A DNA stretch of 64,000 nt from an uncultured Oscillospiraceae bacterium. Lineage in GTDB: Bacteria > Bacillota > Clostridia > Oscillospirales > Oscillospiraceae. Positions 37,591-49,392 of this stretch are shown in pieces (the stretch's first letter is position 1; the number at the start of each line of letters is the position of its first letter). The translations under genes were made by a program, and so were the position numbers. The DNA lies in contig CANQOA010000004.1 of NCBI GenBank assembly GCA_947625355.1, positions 15,262 to 79,261 of the forward strand, read 5' to 3'. The notes under the pieces are model-generated. The model ran no database searches and was not told the DNA's origin. It saw nothing but the letters and a program-made list of their open reading frames with translations.

Positions 37591-38847
37591 GTGAAAAAAG
37601 AGCGGGCGGCGCTGGCGGGTCTGGCGGCGGCCAGCATGGACGCGGCCGAGCGCAGCGACGAGGCCAGCATGGACGAGCTGTGGCGCCTGACCGAGACCGC
37701 CGGGGCGGAGCCGGTGTGCACGGTGCTGCAAAACCGGGACAAGCCGGACCCCCACAGCTTCCTGGGACTGGGCAAGGTCCAGGAGCTGAAAGAGGCCGTC
37801 CAGAACGAGGGCTGCGACCTGGTCGTTTTCGACAACGACCTGACCCCCTCCCAGGCGCGGGTGCTGGAGGAGGCGATGGGCGTGCGGGTGCTGGACCGGA
37901 CGGGGCTCATCCTGGACATCTTCGCCCAGCGGGCGCGGACCCGCGAGGGCAAGCTCCAGGTGGAGCTTGCCCAGTACCGCTATATCCTGCCCCGGCTCAC
38001 GGGCATGTGGACCCACCTGAAGCGCCAGGCGGGCACCAGCGCCCCCATCGGCACCCGCGGCCCCGGCGAGACCCAGCTGGAGACCGACCGGCGCCACATC
38101 CGCCGACGCATCCAGAAGCTCACCGAGGAGCTGGAGCAGGTGCGCCGGGTCCGGGGCACCCAGCGCCGGCAGCGGGAGCGAAACGCCGTGCCCGTGGTGG
38201 CCCTGGTGGGCTATACCAACGCCGGCAAATCCACCCTTCTCAATACCCTCACCGGCGACAGCATCCAGACCGGGGACCGGCTTTTCGACACCCTGGACAC
38301 CACCACCCGGAAGCTGGACCTGGCCGAGGGCGGCCAGGCGCTTTTGAGCGACACCGTGGGCTTCATCCGCAAGCTGCCCACGGAGCTGGTAGACGCCTTC
38401 AAGGCCACGCTGGAGGAGCTGACCTATGCCGACATCCTGCTGCATGTGATCGATATCTCCAACCCGGACTGGGAGGCCCAGGTCCGGGTGGTGGAGGACC
38501 TGATCGCGCGCCTGGGGGCGGGGCAGACCCCGTGTCTGCGGGTCTATAATAAGTGCGACGCCTATGCCGGCCGCCTGCCGGCGGGGGAGGACGAGGTATG
38601 CGTGTGCGCCCGGACCGGGGAGGGCACCGGGGCGTTGCTGTACGCCATCGGGCGGAAGCTCAGCGGGGAGCTGCGGCGGGTGGAGCTGGCCATCCCTTAC
38701 GCCAAGGCGGCCCTGCTGGAGCGGCTGCGCCGGGAGGCCAACGTCCTGGACGTCCGGTATACCGACGAGGCCGTGCGGGTGCTGGCGGTGGTGCGGCCGG
38801 CCCTGCGGGAGGACGTGCGGCCCTATGAGGCGCTGCGCGATGGGTGA
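37591..38847 (+). CDS. hflX: GTPase HflX
   Basis: HflX N-domain (LIVFDNDLTPSQARVLE..., RTREGKLQVELAQ) and G-domain (GYTNAGKSTL, DTVGFI, NKCD). The start is uncertain among TTG 37555, GTG 37591 and ATG 37636; an AAGGAGA at 37562-37568 is best spaced for a non-canonical ATA at 37576. Confidence 0.85.
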   Translation: MKKERAALAGLAAASMDAAERSDEASMDELWRLTETAGAEPVCTVLQNRDKPDPHSFLGLGKVQELKEAVQNEGCDLVVFDNDLTPSQARVLEEAMGVRVLDRTGLILDIFAQRARTREGKLQVELAQYRYILPRLTGMWTHLKRQAGTSAPIGTRGPGETQLETDRRHIRRRIQKLTEELEQVRRVRGTQRRQRERNAVPVVALVGYTNAGKSTLLNTLTGDSIQTGDRLFDTLDTTTRKLDLAEGGQALLSDTVGFIRKLPTELVDAFKATLEELTYADILLHVIDISNPDWEAQVRVVEDLIARLGAGQTPCLRVYNKCDAYAGRLPAGEDEVCVCARTGEGTGALLYAIGRKLSGELRRVELAIPYAKAALLERLRREANVLDVRYTDEAVRVLAVVRPALREDVRPYEALRDG

Positions 38848-39445
38848 GCGGATGCGCCCGGCCGGGTATGGCACCGGCACGTATGAGGAAAAGCGCTCCC
38901 GGTTCATCGGGGAGCTGTTCCCGGTCGCCAGCGAGGACCAGGCGAAAGAGCGCATTGCCCAGGTGAAGAAAAAATATCCCGACGCCCGGCACCACTGCTG
39001 GGCCTGGGTGCTGCCGGACGGGTCCTGCCGCTGGTCCGACGACGGGGAGCCGGGGGGCACCGCCGGCGGCCCCATGGCGGCGGTGCTGAAGGGCGCGGAC
39101 CTCTATGGAGCGCTGTGCGTGGTGACCCGGTATTTCGGCGGCACGCTTTTGGGCAGCGGCGGCCTGGTGCGGGCTTATTCCAAGGCGGCGGCCCTGGCCC
39201 TGGCGGACGCCGGCGCGGAGCCGGACCCGGAGAAGAGCATCCTGCGTATATCCTGCCCCTGGGACAGCCTGGACCGGGTACACCGGCTCATCCGGGAATA
39301 CGAGGGGACGCTCACGGACAGCGACTACGCCTCAGACCCGGAAAGGGCGCTTCTGACCGTGGAGCTGCTGGCGGAGCGGACGGCGGATCTCACCCGCCGG
39401 CTCACAGACGCCACCGGAGGCCGGGCGTCGGTGACGGAGCCTTGA
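38840..39445 (+). CDS. YigZ / IMPACT (UPF0029) family protein
   Basis: EKRSRFIG...ARHHCWAW...DDGEPGGTAG...VVTRYFGGTLLG. The ATG overlaps the hflX stop. Confidence 0.8.
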   Translation: MGERMRPAGYGTGTYEEKRSRFIGELFPVASEDQAKERIAQVKKKYPDARHHCWAWVLPDGSCRWSDDGEPGGTAGGPMAAVLKGADLYGALCVVTRYFGGTLLGSGGLVRAYSKAAALALADAGAEPDPEKSILRISCPWDSLDRVHRLIREYEGTLTDSDYASDPERALLTVELLAERTADLTRRLTDATGGRASVTEP

Positions 39446-39457
39446 CAGGAGGGAATT

Positions 39458-39658
39458 ATGCGGAAAGTTTATGTGTTGCAGATCATCTTTTGCGCTGTTA
39501 TGATCCTTGCCGCGATCCCTCTGACGGTCCAGGTCTTTGGCGGCATGGACCCGGATGTCATCACCGTGTCCGCCCTGTTTCTGGGCGCGGGCCTGCTGGG
39601 AAACGGCGTCTGCGCCGTCGTCAGAGCGGTCCGGGAATATCAGGAGAAGAAGAAATAA
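39458..39658 (+). CDS. Small two-TM membrane protein (66 aa), hypothetical
   Basis: Strong CAGGAGGG SD 5 nt upstream, two hydrophobic helices and a KKK tail. Confidence 0.5.
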   Translation: MRKVYVLQIIFCAVMILAAIPLTVQVFGGMDPDVITVSALFLGAGLLGNGVCAVVRAVREYQEKKK

Positions 39659-39723
39659 GAAAGAGAAAAACTTTATAAAATTTTCTCCGCGCAAAAAAGG
39701 GAAAAGAGCGGCGCGCGGCGTAT

Positions 39724-39758
39724 AAAGGTATTGCAAAATGATTTGCGATACCTTTTTT
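39724..39758 (+). terminator. Strong intrinsic terminator 18 nt upstream of the dGTPase-like gene start
   Basis: AAAGGTATTGCAAA-ATGA-TTTGCGATACCTTT, a 14-bp stem with one G-U, followed by TTT. Confidence 0.6.
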
Positions 39759-39776
39759 ACATATGAGGCGCTCGTC

Positions 39777-40778
39777 ATGTCCACTTTCCGCGAGATCCGC
39801 CAGGAGCAGGAACAGCATATCATCGGGCCCTACGGGACCCTGTCCGCCGCCAGCCGGGGCCGGCCTCAGCCGGAGCCGGAGGACGACGTGCGCACCTGCT
39901 TCCAGCGGGACGTGGACCGGGTCACCCACTCCAAGGCCTTCCGCCGGCTGCGCCACAAGACCCAGGTGTTCCTGCGGCCCGAGGGGGACCACTACCGGAC
40001 CCGCCTGACCCACACCCTGGAGGTGGCCCGCATCGCCCGGACCATCGCCCGGGCCCTGGCGCTGAACGAGGATCTGACCGAGGCCGTCTCCCTGGGCCAC
40101 GACCTGGGCCACACCCCCTTCGGCCACGCCGGGGAGCGGGCTTTGCAGGAACTGACCGGCTCCTTCCACCACTACGAACAGTCCCTGCGGGTGGTGGACA
40201 AGCTGGAGAAGGACGGCCGGGGCCTGAACCTGTGCCACGAGACCCGGATGGGCATATTGAACCACACCACCGGCGAGCCCCGGGATACCCTGGAGGCGGA
40301 CGTGGTGCGCCTGGCGGACCACATCGCCTACCTCAACCACGACCTGGACGACGCTGAGCGCGCCGGCATCGTGCTGCCGGAGGACGTGCCGGACATCATC
40401 CGGGAGCGGGTGGGCACCCGCAACTCCCAGCGCATCAACGCCATGGTCACCGACGCCATCGTCAGCAGCGCCGGGGGGGCCGTCGCGTTCTCCCCCGCCA
40501 TGGCGGAGGCCTACGCGGCCTTTGAGGAATTTATGTACGCGGCGGTGTACCGCAACCCTGCCGCCAAGGGGGAGGAGTCCAAGGTCAAGGGCATCCTGGC
40601 CCCCATCATGGACTACTATACCGGTCACGCGGACAAGCTGCCGCCGGAGTACCGGGCCATCGCCGACGCCGAGGGCGTGCAGACCGCCGTCACCGACTAT
40701 GTGTCCGGCATGACCGACAGCTTCGCCATCTACACGTTCGAAAACCTGTTCATCCCGGCCAGCTGGAGCGTGAGGTGA
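39777..40778 (+). CDS. dGTP triphosphohydrolase-like HD-domain protein
   Basis: FQRDVDRVTHSKAFRRLRHKTQVF, RLTHTLEV and GHDLGHTPFGH. Trimmed to MSTFREIRQ... Confidence 0.85.
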   Translation: MSTFREIRQEQEQHIIGPYGTLSAASRGRPQPEPEDDVRTCFQRDVDRVTHSKAFRRLRHKTQVFLRPEGDHYRTRLTHTLEVARIARTIARALALNEDLTEAVSLGHDLGHTPFGHAGERALQELTGSFHHYEQSLRVVDKLEKDGRGLNLCHETRMGILNHTTGEPRDTLEADVVRLADHIAYLNHDLDDAERAGIVLPEDVPDIIRERVGTRNSQRINAMVTDAIVSSAGGAVAFSPAMAEAYAAFEEFMYAAVYRNPAAKGEESKVKGILAPIMDYYTGHADKLPPEYRAIADAEGVQTAVTDYVSGMTDSFAIYTFENLFIPASWSVR

Positions 40779-40784
40779 TCGGAC

Positions 40785-42524
40785 ATGGCGTTTTCCGAGG
40801 AATTTTTGGAGGAACTGAGTCGGCGCAACGACATCGTGGATGTGGTCAGCGCCTATGTCCCGCTGACCAAGCGCAGCGGCTCCAACCAGTTCGGCCTGTG
40901 CCCCTTCCACGGGGAAAAGACCCCGTCCTTTTCCGTCAACACCGACAAGCAGATCTACCACTGCTTCGGCTGCGGCAAGGGCGGCGGCGTGATCAACTTC
41001 ATCATGGAGATCGAGAACCTGTCCTTCCCCGACGCGGTGCGGTTTTTGGCCCGCCGGGCGGGGATGGCCGTGCCGGAGGACGACCACGATCCCGACCGGG
41101 GCAAGCGGGCCCGGATGCTGGAGCTGAACCGGGAGGCGGCGCGGTATTTCCACGCCCAGCTGATGGCCCCCACCGGCGCGCCCGCCCAGGAGTATGTGCG
41201 CAGGCGGGGCATCGTGTCCATGGTCAAGCCCTTCGGGCTGGGATACGCCCCGGAGGGGTGGCAGAATCTGACGGACGCCATGACCGCCAAGGGCTATACC
41301 CGCCAGGAGCTCATCGACGCGGGCCTGGCCCGGGTGGGCAGGAACGGCGGCCTTTACGACTATTTTCGCGGCCGGCTGATGTTTCCGGTCATCGATGTGC
41401 GGGGCAGCGTCATAGGCTTTTCAGGGCGCATCCTGTCGGACGGGGAGCCCAAGTACCTCAACAGCCCCGACACCCTGGTCTACAGCAAGAGCCGGAGCCT
41501 TTTCGCCCTGAATCTGGCTAAAAAGTCCAAAAGCGGATATATTCTTCTCGCGGAGGGAAATATAGACGTGGTCAGCCTCCATCAGGCGGGGTTCGACAGC
41601 GCCGTGGCCAGTCTGGGCACCTCCCTGACCCCCGACCAGGCCCGGCTCATGAGCCGGTATACCACCGAGGTCATCATCGCCTACGACGCCGACGCCGCCG
41701 GCCAGAAAGCCGCCCAGCGTGCCATCGGCATCCTGCAGCCGCTGGACATGAAGATCAAGGTCCTCAAAATACCCGGCGCCAAGGACCCGGACGAGTTCAT
41801 CCAGCAGAACGGCCCCACGGCCTTTCGGGAGCTGATCGAGCGCAGCGGCAACCAGATCGAGTACCGCCTGGAGCAGACCGCGGCCCAGTTCGACCTGGGC
41901 ACGGACGAGGGCCGGGTGGGCTATCTGAAGGCCGCCGGCAAGCTCATCGCCTCCCTGCCGGGGAGCGTGGAGCGGGAGATCTACGGCATCCGGGCGGCGG
42001 AAAAGGCGGGCGTGTCCAAGGACGCGTTCCTGGGCGAGGTGGCCCGGGTCCGCAGACAGAACGCCGCCGCGGCCCGAAAACAGCGGGACCGGGAGGCCAC
42101 GGCGCCCCTCCGCGCCGCCCAGCCCCAGAGCCGGGAGCTCCGGTTCGAAAATGTCCGCAGCGCCATGGCGGAGGAGGGCGTGCTGAACCTGCTGTGCCGG
42201 TTCCCGGAGCAGTTCGGCTCTCTGCCCCTCGCCGGCGCGGACTTCACCTCCCCCGCTCTGGGCGGGCTGTATGAGGCGGTGATGGCCAGGGTCCGGCAGG
42301 GCCGGAGCGTGTCCATGGCCGCGCTGAGCCAGCAGTTCTCCCCCGAGGAACTGACGCTCCTGGCGGGGATATTGCAGCACGACGAGATATCCGCCGCGGC
42401 CGCGCAGCAGGCCATGGGCGATTACATAGACAAGATCCGCGCCGAGAGAGACAAGGCGGCCCGGGCAGACGACCTGCGGGGCTATGCCGAGAAGCTGAAA
42501 CAAACGAAAGGGTATGGTTCATAA
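40785..42524 (+). CDS. dnaG: DNA primase
   Basis: Zinc finger [13 protein letters not shown]...YHCFGCG and a Toprim domain ([20 protein letters not shown]). Confidence 0.95.
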   Translation: MAFSEEFLEELSRRNDIVDVVSAYVPLTKRSGSNQFGLCPFHGEKTPSFSVNTDKQIYHCFGCGKGGGVINFIMEIENLSFPDAVRFLARRAGMAVPEDDHDPDRGKRARMLELNREAARYFHAQLMAPTGAPAQEYVRRRGIVSMVKPFGLGYAPEGWQNLTDAMTAKGYTRQELIDAGLARVGRNGGLYDYFRGRLMFPVIDVRGSVIGFSGRILSDGEPKYLNSPDTLVYSKSRSLFALNLAKKSKSGYILLAEGNIDVVSLHQAGFDSAVASLGTSLTPDQARLMSRYTTEVIIAYDADAAGQKAAQRAIGILQPLDMKIKVLKIPGAKDPDEFIQQNGPTAFRELIERSGNQIEYRLEQTAAQFDLGTDEGRVGYLKAAGKLIASLPGSVEREIYGIRAAEKAGVSKDAFLGEVARVRRQNAAAARKQRDREATAPLRAAQPQSRELRFENVRSAMAEEGVLNLLCRFPEQFGSLPLAGADFTSPALGGLYEAVMARVRQGRSVSMAALSQQFSPEELTLLAGILQHDEISAAAAQQAMGDYIDKIRAERDKAARADDLRGYAEKLKQTKGYGS

Positions 42525-42526
42525 AG

Positions 42527-43852
<1,326 letters not shown>

Positions 43853-43854
43853 TA

Positions 43855-43886
43855 AAAACGCCCGGGACCTGGTCCCGGGCGTTTTC
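43855..43886. terminator. Bidirectional terminator between rpoD and the XRE gene
   Basis: AAAACGCCCGGGA-CCTGG-TCCCGGGCGTTTT. Confidence 0.75.
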
Positions 43887-43890
43887 TCCG

Positions 43891-44100
43891 CTACTTCTTT
43901 TTTCGGCCGTTCCGCTCAGCGATATAATCGCAGCTGACGCCGTAGAGATCCGCCAGCCGGATGATGAAGGAGAAGGGCGGCTCACGCTTTCCCTGCTCAT
44001 AGTTGGTGTAAGTGGTCTTGTGCATGCCCAGTTTTTCCGCCAGCTTTGCCTGAGTGAGGTCGGCGTCTTCCCGCAGGTCCCGTATTCGCCGATAGTACAG
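43891..44100 (-). CDS. Small XRE-family HTH regulator (69 aa) with an apparent CTG start
   Basis: Not in the ORF track. My translation is (L/M)YYRRIRDLREDADLTQAKLAEKLGMHKTTYTNYEQGKREPPFSFIIRLADLYGVSCDYIAERNGRKKK. AAAGGAGGGG lies 6-8 nt upstream of the CTG, and an in-frame TGA lies 6 codons upstream of it. Confidence 0.7.
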   Translation of the reverse strand: MYYRRIRDLREDADLTQAKLAEKLGMHKTTYTNYEQGKREPPFSFIIRLADLYGVSCDYIAERNGRKKK

Positions 44101-44157
44101 TCGCCACCCCTCCTTTCAGCTTGCTGGTGCTATTATGCCCTAATACATCATTTGTTG

Positions 44158-44186
44158 TTTACAAAATACATCGTTTGATGTATTAT
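44158..44186 (+). promoter_or_regulatory. Promoter for the 50-aa ORF (TTTACA-17-TATTAT) with a 20-bp palindrome in the spacer
   Basis: TTTACA at 44158-44163 and TATTAT at 44181-44186. The palindrome AATACATC-GTTT-GATGTATT is at 44165-44184, with an extra half-site AATACATC at 44142-44149. Confidence 0.5.
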
Positions 44187-44223
44187 TTTTCATGTACCGC
44201 GAACGGTGCCGGGAGGTATGGCC

Positions 44224-44376
44224 ATGCCAGATTATAAGAAAATGTATTTGCATCTGTTCAATTCCGTCACGGACGCCCTCGCCGCGCTGGCGGAGCGGGA
44301 CCCGGAAAGGGCGGAGCGGATCTTGAAAAAAGCGCAGATCGACGCGGAAGAGACCTATATCGAGGCAGAGAAATAA
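44224..44376 (+). CDS. Small hypothetical helical protein (50 aa)
   Basis: Below the ORF-track cutoff. GGGAGG SD, with an ATG at 44224 (or 44218). The translation is MPDYKKMYLHLFNSVTDALAALAERDPERAERILKKAQIDAEETYIEAEK. It is followed by a terminator. Confidence 0.45.
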   Translation: MPDYKKMYLHLFNSVTDALAALAERDPERAERILKKAQIDAEETYIEAEK

Positions 44377-44381
44377 CGGCC

Positions 44382-44415
44382 GCCGGGACAGCTCCTGTCC
44401 CGGCGATTTTTATTT
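44382..44415 (+). terminator. Intrinsic terminator after the 50-aa ORF
   Basis: GCCGGGACAG-CTC-CTGTCCCGGC followed by GATTTTTATTT. Confidence 0.7.
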
Positions 44416-44448
44416 GTGAACAAATTACAAATAATAACGCCCGGACCC

Positions 44449-44477
44449 TTGACACAGACGAAAAGACGTGGTAAATT
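44449..44477 (+). promoter_or_regulatory. Sigma-A promoter of the hrcA operon (TTGACA-17-TAAATT)
   Basis: TTGACA at 44449-44454 and TAAATT at 44472-44477, overlapping CIRCE. Confidence 0.7.
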
Positions 44478-44502
44478 AGCACTCGAAGGATAGGAGTGCT
44501 AG
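44476..44502 (+). promoter_or_regulatory. CIRCE operator (HrcA binding site)
   Basis: TTAGCACTC-N9-GAGTGCTAG versus the consensus TTAGCACTC-N9-GAGTGCTAA, directly upstream of hrcA. Confidence 0.9.
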
Positions 44503-44534
44503 CAGATTTCGCCTGGGATTGCCAGGAGGCGGAC

Positions 44535-45614
44535 ATGGAACTGAGTGAGAGAAAGAAAAAGATACTGACGGCCGTTGTGGAGAGCTACATCGCCACGGCG
44601 GAGCCGGTGGGGTCCAAGGCCCTGGCGCAGGTCATCGGCTGCAGCTCGGCCACCATCCGCAACGAGATGAGCGAGCTGACCGGCATGGGCTATCTGGAGC
44701 AGCCGCATACCAGCGCGGGGCGCGTGCCCTCTCCGGCGGGATACCGGCTGTATGTGAACGAGCTGATGGAGCGGCAGAAGCTCACCGAGGCGGAGGCCGC
44801 CGCCATCAACGACAAGCTGGCCAAGAAGGACGCCCAGATCGAGCAGCTGATGAACGAGGTGGGCCAGCTGACCAGCACCATGACCCAATATCCCGCCTAC
44901 GCCCTGGCCATGAAGCCGCCCGCCGCGGTGAAGCGTTTCGACTTCATCTATGTGGACGCCAATACCTTCATCATCGTGGTCCTGCTGACGGACAACACCG
45001 TGAAGAACAAGCTCATCCACCTGCCCTTCTCCGTCCATCAGGAGCAGATCACGACCCTCTCCAGCCTTTTTAACGCCAACTTCACCGGCGTCACGGACCA
45101 GGAGATCACCGATCCCCTCATCCGCTCCACGGAGCGGGCCGCCGGCGACACCTACGGCCTGGTGGCCGTGGTGGCCAGCTTCACCATCGAGTGCCTGGCG
45201 GCGGCCAAGGCGGCGCCCATGGGCGTGGCCGGCGCCTCCCAGCTTCTCAGCCAGCCGGAGTTCCGGGACCCGGACAAGGCCCACGCGCTGATGAACTTCA
45301 TCTCCGACGGCAGCCGCCTGATGAGCGATCTGCCCCGGATGGGGGAGGAGCACAACGGCCTGCGGGTCACCATCGGGCCGGAGAACCTGGCCGAGGAGCT
45401 CAAGGACTCCAGCGTGGTCATGGCCTCTTACGACGCCGGCGACGGCATGCGGGGCTATATCGGCGTGGTGGGGCCCACCAGGATGGATTACTCCAGCGTG
45501 GCGGCCAAGCTCAGCTACATCGCCGCCGGCCTGAGCCGGGTGCTGGCCGGGCCGGACGCCCCGGAGGGGCTGAACAATAAACTGGTTCTGAAGGAAAGTG
45601 AACACCATGAGTAA
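44535..45614 (+). CDS. hrcA: Heat-inducible transcription repressor HrcA
   Basis: MELSERKKKILTAVVESYIATAEPVGSKAL... AGGAGG SD. Confidence 0.92.
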   Translation: MELSERKKKILTAVVESYIATAEPVGSKALAQVIGCSSATIRNEMSELTGMGYLEQPHTSAGRVPSPAGYRLYVNELMERQKLTEAEAAAINDKLAKKDAQIEQLMNEVGQLTSTMTQYPAYALAMKPPAAVKRFDFIYVDANTFIIVVLLTDNTVKNKLIHLPFSVHQEQITTLSSLFNANFTGVTDQEITDPLIRSTERAAGDTYGLVAVVASFTIECLAAAKAAPMGVAGASQLLSQPEFRDPDKAHALMNFISDGSRLMSDLPRMGEEHNGLRVTIGPENLAEELKDSSVVMASYDAGDGMRGYIGVVGPTRMDYSSVAAKLSYIAAGLSRVLAGPDAPEGLNNKLVLKESEHHE

Positions 45615-46167
45615 GAAAGAGGAAAAGAAGAACGCCGCCCAGCAGCCGGAGCCCGAGGATACCGAGGCCGCCCCGGCAGCGGAGGAGGCTCCCCAGACGG
45701 AGACCGCGGAGAAGGAGGAAGCTCCCCAGGTCTCCGAGGCCGACGAGCTGCGCAAAACGCTGGCGGAGACCAACGACAAATACCTGCGGATGCTGGCGGA
45801 ATACGACAATTACCGCCGCCGCAGCATGAAGGAGCGGGAGAGCATCTATGCCGACGTGCGCGCCGACACGGTGAAGAAGTTCCTGCCGGTGTACGACAAC
45901 CTGGCCCGCGCCATCCAGCACGAGACGGACGAGGAGACCCGCAAGGGCGTGGAGGGCATCTTCAACCAGCTCAAGTCCATCCTGGAGGGGCTGGGAGTAA
46001 AGGAGATCGAGACCGCTGGCAAGAGGTTCGACGCCAATCTCCATGACGCGCTGCTGCACATCGAGGACGAGAAATACGGCGAGGGAGAGATCGTCCTGGA
46101 GCTGGAAAAGGGCTTTATGCTGGGGGACAAGGTCATCCGCTTCGCCAAGGTCCAGGTGGCGAATTAA
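45607..46167 (+). CDS. grpE: Nucleotide exchange factor GrpE
   Basis: YLRMLAEYDNYRRR and a C-terminal beta domain. Its start overlaps the end of hrcA. Confidence 0.9.
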   Translation: MSKKEEKKNAAQQPEPEDTEAAPAAEEAPQTETAEKEEAPQVSEADELRKTLAETNDKYLRMLAEYDNYRRRSMKERESIYADVRADTVKKFLPVYDNLARAIQHETDEETRKGVEGIFNQLKSILEGLGVKEIETAGKRFDANLHDALLHIEDEKYGEGEIVLELEKGFMLGDKVIRFAKVQVAN

Positions 46168-46241
46168 CACTGTCAACAAGTCCCGTGACACGGGCATGAG
46201 ATCATAATCTATTCGACTTATAATACAGGAGGAACATTGCA

Positions 46242-48092
<1,851 letters not shown>

Positions 48093-48109
48093 GGGACCAA
48101 TCATCGCGG

Positions 48110-48134
48110 GGGCGGGGCAGAACATGCCCCGCCC
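48110..48134 (+). other. GC-rich hairpin between dnaK and dnaJ with no U-tract
   Basis: GGGCGGGGCA-GAACA-TGCCCCGCCC. It may be a partial terminator or an mRNA-stability element. Confidence 0.35.
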
Positions 48135-48155
48135 ATCAAAAGGTAGTGAGATCGC

Positions 48156-49280
48156 ATGGCAGATAAACGGGATTATTACGAGGTGCTGGGCGTAAAAAAA
48201 GACGCCAGCGAGGATGATATAAAAAAGGCCTACCGGAAGGCCGCCAAGGCCAACCATCCGGACCTGCACCCCGGCGACAAGGAGGCAGAGGCCCGCTTCA
48301 AGGAGGCCAATGAGGCTTACGCGGTGCTGTCCGATCCGGACAAACGGGCCAAGTACGACCAGTTCGGCTTCGCCGGCGTGGACCCCAACTTCGCGGCCGG
48401 CGCGGGCGCCGGCGGATTCGAGGGGTTCGGCGACCTGGGCGACATCTTTGGGGATATCTTCGGCGGCTTTGGCGGGTTCGGCGGCTTTGGCGGTGCCCGG
48501 CAGCAGAACCGCAATGCGCCCCGGCGGGGCGAGAGTCTGCGGGTGCGGCTGACCATCTCCTTTGAGGAGGCTGTCGCCGGCTGCAAAAAGGACATCAGCG
48601 TCACCCGGGTGGACCAGTGCCCCGACTGCAAGGGCACCGGCTGCGCCCCCGGCACCACCCCGGAGATATGCCCCGACTGCCGGGGCTCCGGCACGGTGAT
48701 GCGCCAGCAGCGGACCCCCTTCGGGGTGATGCAGTCCTCCGGCCCCTGCCCCAAGTGCGGCGGCCAGGGCAAGATCATCCACTCCCCCTGCTCCAAATGC
48801 CGGGGCGCCGGCAGCATCCGCTCCCAGCGGAAGCTGAACGTGAGCATCCCCGCGGGCATCGACGACGGGGAGACCGTGTCCCTGCGGGGCCAGGGCAACG
48901 CCGGCGCCAACGGCGGCCCGGCGGGCGATCTGCTGGTGCTGATCGCGGTGCGGCCCAGCAGCACCTATCAGCGGGAGGGCTCGAACCTGTATACCTCCGT
49001 CAGCCTCAGCTTCGTACAGGCGGCGCTGGGCACGGAGATCGAGGCGCCCACCATCGACGGGCCGGTGAGCCTGAACATCCCGGAGGGGACCCAGACCGGG
49101 TCTGTGTTCCGCATTCGGGGCAAGGGCGTGCCCAACGTACGTACCGGCATCCGGGGGGACGAGTTCGTGACGGTGGACCTGCAGACGCCCAAGAACCTGT
49201 CGCACCGGCAGAAGGAGCTGCTCCAGGAGCTGGCGGAACTGTCCGGGGAAAAGACCACCAAGAAAAAGAGACGGTTTTGA
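48156..49280 (+). CDS. dnaJ: Co-chaperone DnaJ
   Basis: J domain (YYEVLGV...HPD), G/F region and four CxxCxGxG zinc motifs. Confidence 0.95.
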   Translation: MADKRDYYEVLGVKKDASEDDIKKAYRKAAKANHPDLHPGDKEAEARFKEANEAYAVLSDPDKRAKYDQFGFAGVDPNFAAGAGAGGFEGFGDLGDIFGDIFGGFGGFGGFGGARQQNRNAPRRGESLRVRLTISFEEAVAGCKKDISVTRVDQCPDCKGTGCAPGTTPEICPDCRGSGTVMRQQRTPFGVMQSSGPCPKCGGQGKIIHSPCSKCRGAGSIRSQRKLNVSIPAGIDDGETVSLRGQGNAGANGGPAGDLLVLIAVRPSSTYQREGSNLYTSVSLSFVQAALGTEIEAPTIDGPVSLNIPEGTQTGSVFRIRGKGVPNVRTGIRGDEFVTVDLQTPKNLSHRQKELLQELAELSGEKTTKKKRRF

Positions 49281-49306
49281 GGCGCCGGATCCTTAATAAA
49301 TTCCGG

Positions 49307-49336
49307 AGAGGGAGCGTTGCGGTGCTCCCTCTTTTG
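49307..49336 (+). terminator. Terminator after dnaJ, overlapping the next promoter
   Basis: AGAGGGAGC-N8-GCTCCCTCT followed by TTT. Confidence 0.6.
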
Positions 49337-49345
49337 GTGTATAAT
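49317..49345 (+). promoter_or_regulatory. Promoter for the glycosyltransferase operon (TTGCGG-17-TATAAT with TG extension)
   Basis: TTGCGG at 49317-49322 and TGTATAAT ending at 49345. Confidence 0.5.
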
Positions 49346-49392
49346 CACTTTGTACGTCTATTTGATCATTCCTCCCCAGAAGGAGAGCCCCT

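Noticed and set aside
43891-44376. The XRE gene plus 50-aa ORF as a toxin-antitoxin module.
   Set aside because: The genes are divergent rather than co-transcribed. The small ORF has no resemblance to toxin families I know, and it is acidic and helical. I kept it as a regulatory mini-locus of unknown function.
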